From Trichoplax adhaerens (lineage: Eukaryota > Animalia > Placozoa): a stretch of 17,666 nucleotides of DNA. The stretch spans positions 23,589-41,254 of the forward strand of contig NW_002060991.1 in assembly GCF_000150275.1 (NCBI RefSeq). The letters run 5' to 3'. Of this stretch, positions 1 to 8,758 are shown in pieces. Positions within the stretch are counted from its first letter, which is position 1, and every line of letters begins with the position of its first letter. The notes below the pieces were generated by a model. The model had not been told where the DNA came from. It ran no database searches and was given only the letters and a program-made list of their open reading frames with translations. The position numbers were made by a program, and so were the translations under genes.

Positions 1-61
1 CTTCGTCAGCAAGGTGCATAGCCCACCCAAGACTGTGTGATCAAATCGAGTATCTCATTCT

Positions 62-285
62 AGATAGAGAAGACTGGACCACGCGAAAATAATAATATAA
101 AAAAAATCATTTAAAGAAAAAAAAGAGCCGTCGGCTTAAAAATTTTTTATATATTTCTTTGGCATATATGCTTACGCGCGCGAGAAGAAATGTAAAAAAA
201 ACTCCTGAGCCGACTATTTATTTTTTAATTCTCTTAGTTAGTTATTATATACGCGATTCGCGATTGGTCCAGGTCTCCTCTATCT
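62..285. repeat. Long imperfect terminal inverted repeat / fold-back hairpin
   Basis: AGATAGAGGAGACTGGACCA (62-81) pairs with TGGTCCAGGTCTCCTCTATCT (265-285, one extra G). GTCGGCT (130-136) pairs with AGCCGAC (208-214). TTTTTTATATATTTCTT (~143-159) pairs with AAGAAATGTAAAAAAA (~185-200). The tip holds palindromes GCATATATGC (162-171) and CGCGCGCG (175-182). Confidence 0.85.
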
Positions 286-304
286 CTAATAAATCTAAAT
301 AATC

Positions 305-1716
305 TGTGAAGTTTATAGTCTATGTGGAACATACATTATAAATTATGTGGAACATTTGCAATCGAATACTCAATAATATAAGACTGATTATCCGGTTTAT
401 CTTAGAAGACTCGATTTTCCCGTATATCCATGTTCCACATAGATTATGAACTTTAATCTAATCTGATTATCCGGTTTATCTAAGCCGTTTTCGACTGTTT
501 ATATGAGGGGTAATATTTGAGATTGTGTGAACAGATATTGTGAAGTTTATAATCTATGTGGAACATAGATTATAAACTATGTGGAACATACATTATAAAC
601 TATGTGGAACAAACATTATAAACTATGTGGAACATACATTATAAACTATGTGGAACATTGCTAAAATTGACGGTGAATAGGGAATTGATCAAAATTAAGA
701 AGGCAAAGTGGAACATAAATAATTATGAAACTATGTGGAACATTTAGAGTTATAAACTATGTGGAACATTCAGAATCATAAACTGTGTGGAACACGCAAG
801 ATAGGAGATTCGGATGGATGTGGAATGTTTATGTGTAATTTCAAAGTTTATAATCTATGTGGAACATACATTATAAATTATGTGGAACATTTAGAAATGG
901 AACACTTGATAGGGTTTTGATCAAAAATAAGCAGGTAAATTTTTTGGTTAAGCTAGTACGATATTGCCTAATCTGTTAGATAGGTCGTTTGTACAAACCA
1001 AGTAGGCAAATTTTATGTGAATATTGTGCGATATTCCCTAATATTAGAGCTAGGAGTAAAAACTATGTGGAACATAAATAATTATGAAACTATGTGGAAC
1101 ATTTAGAGTTATAAACTATGTGGAACATTTAGAATCATCAACTGTGTGTAACACGCAAGATACGAGATTCGGATGGATGTGGAATGTTTATGTGTAATTT
1201 CAAAGTTTATAATCTATGTGGAACATACATTATAAATTATGTGGAATATTTAGAAATGGAAGACTTGATAGGGATTTGCTCGGAATTAAGGTAGGTAAAT
1301 TTTGGGTGAATATTGTGCGATAATCCCTAATCTAAGTGGGGAGATAGGATTTGATGAAAATTAAAATAGGCAAATTTTGGGTGAATATTGTACGATAATC
1401 CCTAATCTAGAATTTAAAACTATGTGGAACATGTAGCATAGATTTGGATAGAAAGATTCAAAACTATGTGGAACATATCACCACCGTAAAGTATGTGGAA
1501 CATAGGATCGGATAGATTAAAGCTATGTGTGAAGATAGAGAATTGATAAAAGTGTTAATAGGCAAAATATTGTGTCATATTCCCTAATCAGGATTCAAAA
1601 CTATGTGGGATATTCAAAACTATGTGGAACATTTAAAACTATGTGGAACATTCTAAAATATGTGGAACATTCAAAACTATGTGGAACATGCAACTGTCAT
1701 AAACTATGTGGAACAT
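305..1716 (+). repeat. Subterminal array of (CTA)TGTGGAACA repeats
   Basis: About 24 exact forward TGTGGAACA copies by manual count, plus variants and one inverted copy (TGTTCCACATAG, 432-443). Five copies are in 23-bp tandem register (TATGTGGAACA at 555, 578, 601, 624, 647); another tight cluster lies at ~1600-1716. Confidence 0.95.
708..1278 (+). repeat. ~210-bp direct duplication (708-919 / 1067-1278)
   Basis: Near-identical blocks offset by 359 bp, from GTGGAACATAAATAATTATGAAAC to ACTTGATAGGG(T/A)TTTG, with a few substitutions. Confidence 0.9.
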
Positions 1717-2010
1717 TGTATAATTTAACATGGTCAAGTATTAGTAATACTTTATATTATGCACAGCGTATATATAACAATACACTACGCGAAGCATTGC
1801 AAGCGAGTAAACATACTGTAGGTAGACTATAAATTCAGATCAGATTGTGCATGCCTGCTTCAACGTTCTAACAGCGAATAACAGATGATATGCAACATCA
1901 AGCAACTGTTTATAACTCCTTCATTTCTATTCACAATCAACCGATGGGCTACAGAGTGGTGGTTTGTGGGATGGTCAAAGAAATTGAGAGTCTTAGTTCG
2001 AATCCTAATA

Positions 2011-2191
2011 ACGTACAGAGAAATGAACTTGTCCAGACGTGCGGACAAGTTTAAGGATAATTAAGTTAAAAACTATCATTTAAATCTCTTTGCCTCGTAC
2101 AGAGACACGTACAGAGAAATGAACTTGTCCAGACATGCGGACAAGTTTAAGGATAATTAAGTTAAAACTATTATTTGAATTTCTTGGCCTC
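2011..2191. repeat. ~86-bp direct duplication, each copy with a 9-bp stem hairpin
   Basis: ACGTACAGAGAAATGAACTTGTCC...GCCTC at 2011-2096 and 2107-2191. Each copy contains AACTTGTCC-N8-GGACAAGTT. The second copy overlaps the last codons of the 282-aa ORF. Confidence 0.9.
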
Positions 2192-3019
2192 TTTAGGATG
2201 ATTTCTGAAATATCTGAGTACTGTTTTTACGTTCTTAGTAAACCATTGAAAAGGCAAATTGCACTGTGTAACCTTGGGATATTTCTCGAAGCTGTCATAA
2301 AAGTTGATGTACTCGTGTGCACGACTCTTCTTCACATGGCAATTGGAATTTATCCACTCGTTGAAGTTTCCTGAACCGTACCTCTTTTCGAGAGCGAATA
2401 CAGCTTTGGCCTCATACAAATAACGGCCGTAACGGAAGGCGATGTATAAAATGAACCTATCATTTGTTTGCATCCTTTGTTCACATTCATCTATTTTCGT
2501 TTTGCAATCATCTAATGTTTTCGGTTGCACACTTAGATCAGACAGAGTCCTGATTAAACCATGAGTTGCTGGTTGCCACTTCTCATGTAACTCCTTAATA
2601 ATTTCTGATTCCTGACTTCCACTGCTAGTTCTTTTTCGTTTAGTCTTTTCAATAGGCACATTAAGAAATGATATTCTGGGTATTTTAGGGATATCATCTG
2701 TGTTTATCTCCGGGAAAGCAGTTTCTAGCTTTCTCATAACTTCACTATCATTATTCATCAAGGAAACATACACATTATTGTTGTGTTTAAGACATCTTAC
2801 ATACAGATCTATCCAATACTTCGCGTATCCATGTATTGCTTCATTTACGATTTTTACCATATGGTGTGTGTCGTCAGTGCCTAAATAGTTCATATTTTGA
2901 AAAACAAAAAAGCTTTCTTTAATTCTGTCATAGTCTATTGATTGAACAGAATCCATCTCCATTTGTTCGTCATCATTCTCTTTTTTAAAAAGTACTTGAA
3001 GTGCTGTTTCATCATCCAT
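2171..3019 (-). CDS. Hypothetical protein, 282 aa; C-terminal helical domain resembling DUF3102-type DNA-binding domains
   Basis: Long ATG ORF. NLS-like KTKRKR. The pattern G-x2-L-x-EAK...F-x2-W...SRA-x2-Y is reminiscent of DUF3102 (recognised by eye only). Confidence 0.6.
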   Translation of the reverse strand: MDDETALQVLFKKENDDEQMEMDSVQSIDYDRIKESFFVFQNMNYLGTDDTHHMVKIVNEAIHGYAKYWIDLYVRCLKHNNNVYVSLMNNDSEVMRKLETAFPEINTDDIPKIPRISFLNVPIEKTKRKRTSSGSQESEIIKELHEKWQPATHGLIRTLSDLSVQPKTLDDCKTKIDECEQRMQTNDRFILYIAFRYGRYLYEAKAVFALEKRYGSGNFNEWINSNCHVKKSRAHEYINFYDSFEKYPKVTQCNLPFQWFTKNVKTVLRYFRNHPKEAKKFK

Positions 3020-3178
3020 ATTAAAAGTAACTGCAGAGTGTGAACTTTAAAACAAATTATTAAAATTTGATCTAGTTTATGAAAGTTAAAAATGATCAAA
3101 ATTGTTTGCTGATATCTACAGCATGAGCTAAGTAAATATGCAAGTCTTCAATGGAATGTGTTCGATTGTTAAATCAAA

Positions 3179-4288
3179 TTAAACATTATTCAAATCTTCG
3201 ATAGGAATCCATGAATTAAAATTATTAGAATAGCCCTTCCATTTAACTAATGCTAATCTCTTCTTTTTATCTTTCCTGATTACCCTTTCAATGCGATATT
3301 TATCTTGTTTAGTTTTCTGCAATTCAGGCTCATAAAATGATCCTTCAATAGGTTCATCATTGAGATCTTTCAACTTATATGTAATAGGATCGGTTTGCTG
3401 GATTGATTCTATAACAAAAATTTCCTCTGTCCAATTGGGCGTGTAACCCTTGTCAAACACTTTTCTTTTATACTTTGAAATTCGCACTCTGTCACCAACT
3501 TTAAATTTCGTTTTTTTACTTAAAGATTCAATGTTTCCATACAAATTGTGCCATGTTTGAATCTCATTTACTATCTTACTACCTTCCACTGGAGTCATTT
3601 TGATACTACTGTGTTCCGAATTATTATACTGTTCAATGAGTTTCTGTAAAATATCAATGTATTTGTTAGTATTTTTGGCGCTAAAATGTTTCCACATTCG
3701 TTCCTTCAACGTTCTGTTAAATCTCTCAATAACAACTGCTTTTCCTTCATTATACGTACTGTAGCGCTCAATATTACAATCGTTCAACATCTTGTCAACA
3801 ACTCTATTATAAAACTCGGATCCTTGATCAACCCATAACTTAATTGGCTTTCTATGACTAGATTTAATGATCTTATCAAATGCTTCAGCTATACTATTAC
3901 CTGTTTTATCTTTTACAAGTACACTCCAAGCATATTTACTAAAAATGTCAATTACGTTAAGTAAATATTTGTAACCACTATTGTATTTTGCAAATTCCTG
4001 CATATCAACAAGATCAGCTGACCAAATGTCATCAATTCCATTCACTCTTACACGACGCTTAGGAAAGTTCCTTCTGATTGGTTTATGCAGTTCATTAGCT
4101 AATTGAGTAGACCAATCGACATCTTTATTACCAAAGCCTGTAATACTTTTATCAAATCTGGCCTTGATAGCACCACACGAAATACACTTACTCTTTACAA
4201 TTATTCTATTATTTTCGGTTTCCACATGTAATATACTATCAGGAATAGAATCAGTATATTTTCTTTCTCGAATGCAATATGACAGCAT
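3179..4288 (-). CDS. Retroviral-like (rve) DDE integrase with C-terminal chromodomain (Polinton c-integrase)
   Basis: WSADLVDM, LWVDQGSEF and VIERFNRTLK give D,D(33)E. Also FKVGDRVRI...KGYTPNW and a chromodomain YRIERVI...LVKWKGY...NSWIP. The first ATG is at 4288 (the track starts at an upstream TTG, 4321). Confidence 0.96.
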   Translation of the reverse strand: MLSYCIRERKYTDSIPDSILHVETENNRIIVKSKCISCGAIKARFDKSITGFGNKDVDWSTQLANELHKPIRRNFPKRRVRVNGIDDIWSADLVDMQEFAKYNSGYKYLLNVIDIFSKYAWSVLVKDKTGNSIAEAFDKIIKSSHRKPIKLWVDQGSEFYNRVVDKMLNDCNIERYSTYNEGKAVVIERFNRTLKERMWKHFSAKNTNKYIDILQKLIEQYNNSEHSSIKMTPVEGSKIVNEIQTWHNLYGNIESLSKKTKFKVGDRVRISKYKRKVFDKGYTPNWTEEIFVIESIQQTDPITYKLKDLNDEPIEGSFYEPELQKTKQDKYRIERVIRKDKKKRLALVKWKGYSNNFNSWIPIEDLNNV

Positions 4289-4301
4289 CGCGTATACTAT
4301 A

Positions 4302-4769
4302 TTATTTAATAAAATTAGCAAACTGTTTTATCAACCGCTCATTAAAAGTTGTCGGTTTTTGTTCATAGTCTAGTAAAATATCAAGAGGTTTATTATTGTA
4401 ATAACGTTTTATTAAATAGTAACAACAATAATATCCACACATAACTGAATTGATGTTTTGTATTTGTGATCGATTATACACTATCCCTTTCTTAGCTGTT
4501 TTTAAATATGATAGTATTTCACTTGGAGGATATAATCCAAATGAATCAAAATACTCAACATCATTGCTGTGTAGGTCACAATAATAACAAACCCAATGTG
4601 TTCCTGGTCCCGCAAAATAATCCTGCATGTTAACTACTCCACACTCACTTTTCAACATAGCCTTGGGTAGCATGTCTTTTGAAGAAACACCCCGAAAGTT
4701 TTTTATCTTATATTTCTTCATGATGTGATCAATTTCGATATTACTTAATGGTTTTATCGTTGTATCCAT
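4302..4769 (-). CDS. Adenain/Ulp1-like cysteine protease (virion maturation protease)
   Basis: GTHW (H58), YFDSFG (D75) and QIQ...MCGYYC (Q104, C111): catalytic order His-Asp-Gln-Cys, typical size. Confidence 0.95.
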   Translation of the reverse strand: MDTTIKPLSNIEIDHIMKKYKIKNFRGVSSKDMLPKAMLKSECGVVNMQDYFAGPGTHWVCYYCDLHSNDVEYFDSFGLYPPSEILSYLKTAKKGIVYNRSQIQNINSVMCGYYCCYYLIKRYYNNKPLDILLDYEQKPTTFNERLIKQFANFIK

Positions 4770-5617
4770 CTTCCTACGTATGGAGGAGTCTGTAAATGTC
4801 CCGGAACATGCATCCCTTTTGGAATATATATTGATTTGCCTTTTTTTATAGATTTTTTTTTTTTTAACCCTTTACCTTTTTTGGGGATTGTTCCAGGTAA
4901 TGTTACACCTCTCCCAGCTATTCCACTAATAACAGCAGGTAAAATACCAGCTAATAAAGCACCAATAAATCCACCATTTTTGGCTACTTGAGTTTTAGAC
5001 AATTTGATATCACAACCAGTGTTCTTCAATTTAGCTTTATTAATTTTATTAATTTGTCGACGTGTTAGATATAATTTATCAGGTCCAGTTAAATCAGAGC
5101 GAGATAAACGAATTGTGCATCCTTTCTTAGCATTTATTGCCGATTTTAATTTCTGCTTCTGTGATGGTGAAATATTTACTCCATATTCTGAATAAGGCAT
5201 CTTATATATATTACTACTAGATAAAAAACCTCTTCCACCAGTTGCTTTATGAGTAGCTCCAGAAATAGCACCTGTAGCTGCGGCCATTGCTAACTTTGGT
5301 ACCACACTTTTTATTACTTTAGGAGCTGCTTTAGCTATAGCAGGAACAGCTGCACGAATTAGACCCATTAAAGCACCTAAGAAACCTGCTTGTTTTGATA
5401 CTTGATTTCGGCTTAATTTTAGTATAACACTCTTATTATTTTTTCTAGCTTTAATAACTTTATTATGTTGCGTTAAAGTCAATCCTAAATTATCGTTACC
5501 TTGTAACTGATGTGATAATAGTCTTATAGTTATTGCTTTATTATGTTGATAGGCTTTAGAAATAGCATTTTTCTGAGAATTTGTTAAAGTGAATCCAGTG
5601 TTTATATAGGAATTCAT
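4754..5617 (-). CDS. Basic core-like protein (adenovirus pVII/pX-like precursor) with duplicated domain
   Basis: Very Lys-rich. Two similar ~80-aa units, each followed by [AG]GF[LI]GAL and a Gly/Ala hydrophobic segment ending in GRG. Lies between the protease and MCP genes. Confidence 0.7.
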   Translation of the reverse strand: MNSYINTGFTLTNSQKNAISKAYQHNKAITIRLLSHQLQGNDNLGLTLTQHNKVIKARKNNKSVILKLSRNQVSKQAGFLGALMGLIRAAVPAIAKAAPKVIKSVVPKLAMAAATGAISGATHKATGGRGFLSSSNIYKMPYSEYGVNISPSQKQKLKSAINAKKGCTIRLSRSDLTGPDKLYLTRRQINKINKAKLKNTGCDIKLSKTQVAKNGGFIGALLAGILPAVISGIAGRGVTLPGTIPKKGKGLKKKKSIKKGKSIYIPKGMHVPGHLQTPPYVGRWIQR

Positions 5618-5629
5618 TATAATATAGGT

Positions 5630-7039
5630 TTATACAATAACATTCATTCTTCCTCCTAATCCATGTAGTTGCAAATATCTATCAGTCAAGACAACTGCAT
5701 AAACATAATATGGTACATCATTACTGTTATTATTGATACTTTTAAAATTTTTCCCTAATGTCCATTTTACTTCAATATCTGCTGGACTATTTTTTAATCG
5801 TTCATTATGCTTAGATACATCGAAATGGAATATAGGATACAAATTTGCCCAATCTTCAGCAGATAACTGTGAACCAGTATCTGTATCTTGATATTTATGG
5901 ACTGCCTCCATAAACATCATATAAGGTCGACTATAATTTCTATTCGACGGATGAAAGTTACATTCTATCTCTCTTTCAGTGTATTGAATCGAGTTTATTC
6001 TAGCTGAAATACGTCTTACATCTGCATTATCAAATATCATGTTATTCATCGTTTGATTATTTTCTCGTTCAGTAGATTGAAATACAATGAAAATATGACG
6101 TGGTAATTCTGTTCCAGGCTGTGTAGTAATTCTCCAGGTAGGAGATGTTTGATTAGCTGCATATTGTGTCATATAAACTTTAACTTGCTCAAAGTAAAGA
6201 TTACTAATGTGTCCACTAACAAGTTTGGCCTCTAACTGGCTAGCTACTTCTAATGATGGAGTTACTTTAGGCATCCACATTGAAACATGTGATATTTTAA
6301 ATTTTCCGTCATCAATATTACTATCTTTTAAAATGTAGTTAGCTGTGGCAGCCCTATCGAGTTGTAAAGTATGTTTAACACCTCTAAATACTGTATCGAC
6401 ATCTTTACAGAATCCAAATATAGAACTTAGAGGTATTAAAAGTGATATTTGTTTATCACCTGTTGTTAATAGTTGTCTTGCATGAAATCCTCTGTTATAT
6501 TGAGGATTTGTGACTAATTTCATATCTCGAATTTGTTTAGCTTTTACAGTAACAACATCACTAGCTATGCTCACTGGGAATGACTCTGTCATATCAAATT
6601 CTGTCATATTTGGTTTACCTGTAGCTGTATCACGGTACCACAACATATTAGTTGCAATACTTCTACTGTAATCATCACTATACATGACTAAGTTTAAAAT
6701 TGTAGATGCATATGGGAGCCAATCGTTGATTTCTTCAACCGTATGATTATTAATTTGATATTGAGCACTTCTAAAAAGTGATAAGCCGTTATTCACTAAT
6801 GTTACAGCATCATCTGCATTATACAATGATCCACTATCTTTCGTTAAGTTTCCTCGTATTTCTATTACTGCTTTATGAGGCAATAGATAGACATCTTCAT
6901 CTCTAGTTTCAATCAAATAACTTCCTTTATCCATATCAGTATCTCGTGGCAGATACTCTATATATTCAAATTCTACAATTGAATTGTCTGCATGATTAGG
7001 CTCATCTATTCTTAGATATTGACTCACTAATTCTGACAT
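5630..7039 (-). CDS. Major capsid protein (double jelly-roll)
   Basis: 469 aa, beta-rich. Motifs seen in Polinton MCPs: NNGLSLF, IPLSSIFGFC, PRHIFIVFQ, YPIFHFDVS. Position within the morphogenetic cluster. Confidence 0.88.
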   Translation of the reverse strand: MSELVSQYLRIDEPNHADNSIVEFEYIEYLPRDTDMDKGSYLIETRDEDVYLLPHKAVIEIRGNLTKDSGSLYNADDAVTLVNNGLSLFRSAQYQINNHTVEEINDWLPYASTILNLVMYSDDYSRSIATNMLWYRDTATGKPNMTEFDMTESFPVSIASDVVTVKAKQIRDMKLVTNPQYNRGFHARQLLTTGDKQISLLIPLSSIFGFCKDVDTVFRGVKHTLQLDRAATANYILKDSNIDDGKFKISHVSMWMPKVTPSLEVASQLEAKLVSGHISNLYFEQVKVYMTQYAANQTSPTWRITTQPGTELPRHIFIVFQSTERENNQTMNNMIFDNADVRRISARINSIQYTEREIECNFHPSNRNYSRPYMMFMEAVHKYQDTDTGSQLSAEDWANLYPIFHFDVSKHNERLKNSPADIEVKWTLGKNFKSINNNSNDVPYYVYAVVLTDRYLQLHGLGGRMNVIV

Positions 7040-7063
7040 TAATATATATTATGGTTATATAAT

Positions 7064-7579
7064 TTAAATTATACGTTCAAATCCCTTACCAGTCTTAACA
7101 CCCGAACCAGATAAAATATTTGATAGTATAGCTCGAGATTTATCATTCAAAACTTTTCTAACTTGTGGATTGGTCGATAAATTAGTGACGTTATCTTTGA
7201 TTCGATTTCGGAAAGTCTGCATTAAATTTTTAGTAGTTTTCTTATCAGCCTTTTCAATTTGCTTGATGACCGCTTTATCTTCATTTATAATATTTTTTAC
7301 TACCTGATCACCTAATTTCTTCGCTTGCGAAGTTATTGTTTGTTTACTAGCTTGGATTGCCTTATCGCCTAGCTTCTTCGCTTGCGACGTGATTGTCTGT
7401 TTACCAGCTTGGATTGCCTTATTACCTAGTGGTTTTAAAGCCTTTTTAATAGGTGTTATCTTATTCTTAACAATTTTGCTACCTATCGAAATAACTTTCT
7501 TAGCGCGATCAAATAGATTACCCAATAAATTACCACCAATAATTTTTTTCTTGAAATATTGTTCTCTTTGTAATAACAT
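7064..7579 (-). CDS. Basic virion protein, probable membrane-lytic (pVI-like) precursor
   Basis: IIGG followed by an amphipathic helix NLLGNLFDRAKKVISIGSKIV, an internal 19-aa repeat, and C-terminal LSGSG. ATG at 7579 (the track uses the TTG at 7582). Confidence 0.6.
   Translation of the reverse strand: MLLQREQYFKKKIIGGNLLGNLFDRAKKVISIGSKIVKNKITPIKKALKPLGNKAIQAGKQTITSQAKKLGDKAIQASKQTITSQAKKLGDQVVKNIINEDKAVIKQIEKADKKTTKNLMQTFRNRIKDNVTNLSTNPQVRKVLNDKSRAILSNILSGSGVKTGKGFERII
7308..7429 (-). repeat. 57-bp intragenic tandem repeat (2+ copies; LG[ND]KAIQA[GS]KQTITSQAKK)
   Basis: CCTA register at 7311, 7368 and 7425; differences are mostly synonymous. Confidence 0.9.
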
Positions 7580-7647
7580 CAATATATATATATATTATTT
7601 TATTTTACCCACAAGAAGTATTAATTGTTTATATCAGGTCCTAATAT

Positions 7648-7959
7648 TCAATCTACTACAATATGTACGTATCTCGATGTAAAATTTCTATACTCTTTTT
7701 TCTTTAAGAAATCAACATAAAAGGCTTTATCATCACTCATATATATATATCCTGATGGCGTCCTCTTTTTTTTTAGAACTTCCATTAGAAAGGTATCTCC
7801 ATTGTGACGCTTAAGTAGAACTATATCCTTATTACTCTTTCGTATTAATTTATTCTTGAGAAATTGAATAACAGTCTGAATCATACTTCTTAAGCGGTCA
7901 ATAAAGTAATGCAGTGGATTGCCAGTGTTTTTTTTATCAGATTTTTTTCCTCGCATCAT
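7648..7959 (-). CDS. Hypothetical basic protein, 103 aa
   Basis: ATG ORF filling the gap in the co-directional structural cluster, preceded by a (TA)n tract like its neighbours. Confidence 0.65.
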   Translation of the reverse strand: MMRGKKSDKKNTGNPLHYFIDRLRSMIQTVIQFLKNKLIRKSNKDIVLLKRHNGDTFLMEVLKKKRTPSGYIYMSDDKAFYVDFLKKKEYRNFTSRYVHIVVD

Positions 7960-7984
7960 ATATATATATATATGTTATATTAAT

Positions 7985-8746
7985 TTATAACTCCTTGATG
8001 TGGAGGTAATAGGTAACTCGTTCGTTATTTAAGTCAACTAAATTACCATCTTGATCTGTTACTTTAAATGTAACACTATTTATTGCACTCATTACTTTCA
8101 TCGAATTGTACATTTTCTGAAATGGTCGTACTTGTAATAGACTACCTGGTGGGACATTTGGTGATGTACAATGTATCAAATCTCCACTCTTTCCATTGAT
8201 GTAGGAACCATCTACAAGACTACAATGTATTTCAATAGTGTTAATACTTGTTATGTTAACAATCTGATCGCTATGATGTTTTCCATTTCCAGATATTATC
8301 CTTGAATTAAAACCTAGGATATCTCTAAAAGTATTATCTATTGTGAAATCCAATTTGTAATTATTTTTTAATTCGATCTCAGACTTAAATGTATTATAAT
8401 TTGGTGAAATGTTAACATGAAACAAGTTTTCGTCTCCAGATGTATTGGCAGGGATGTAATCGTTATTTTCTTTCATGATATTTTGTATCGCTTTCTGAAT
8501 ATCGACTACATTATATGCTCCTGGAGGAATGATGGTATTTTTCCAAACTTTTCCGTTAAAATATTTAAATTTATTGTTCTTTGATGTAATATTGTACCAA
8601 GAATACCAAATTTCAGCAGCAATGAGAGCTACTTTATAAATCTTTTTTATGTCAAGTAACAGAGGAGGATTAAAATATGTCGTAAAATTTTCGTCTTTTC
8701 CTATTGCCTTTTTACTATCAAAGAATAATGTTGTCTCAAATACCAT
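7985..8746 (-). CDS. Minor capsid protein (penton, single jelly-roll)
   Basis: 253 aa. N-terminal FTTYFNPPLLL, IPPGAYN, ILGF, IHCSLV, and C-terminal VTDQDGNLVDLNNE..YLHI fit Polinton pentons. Confidence 0.85.
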   Translation of the reverse strand: MVFETTLFFDSKKAIGKDENFTTYFNPPLLLDIKKIYKVALIAAEIWYSWYNITSKNNKFKYFNGKVWKNTIIPPGAYNVVDIQKAIQNIMKENNDYIPANTSGDENLFHVNISPNYNTFKSEIELKNNYKLDFTIDNTFRDILGFNSRIISGNGKHHSDQIVNITSINTIEIHCSLVDGSYINGKSGDLIHCTSPNVPPGSLLQVRPFQKMYNSMKVMSAINSVTFKVTDQDGNLVDLNNERVTYYLHIKEL

Positions 8747-8758
8747 TATATTATAATG

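Noticed and set aside
305-1716. CRISPR array
   Set aside because: The repeat core is only 9-12 bp, spacers are short, irregular and themselves repeated, no cas genes are present, and the context is a eukaryotic virus.
1572-1832. 86-aa ORF
   Set aside because: Non-ATG start; it is a translation of the TGTGGAACA repeats (KLCGT units).
1860-2888. Short ORFs 1860-2048, 2135-2374 and 2700-2888
   Set aside because: They begin within the 86-bp duplication or lie antisense to the 282-aa gene, and have no recognisable motifs.
3179-4288. LTR retrotransposon or bacterial prophage
   Set aside because: No RT, RNase H, gag or LTRs. The chromodomain integrase with adenain and jelly-roll capsid genes indicates a Polinton.
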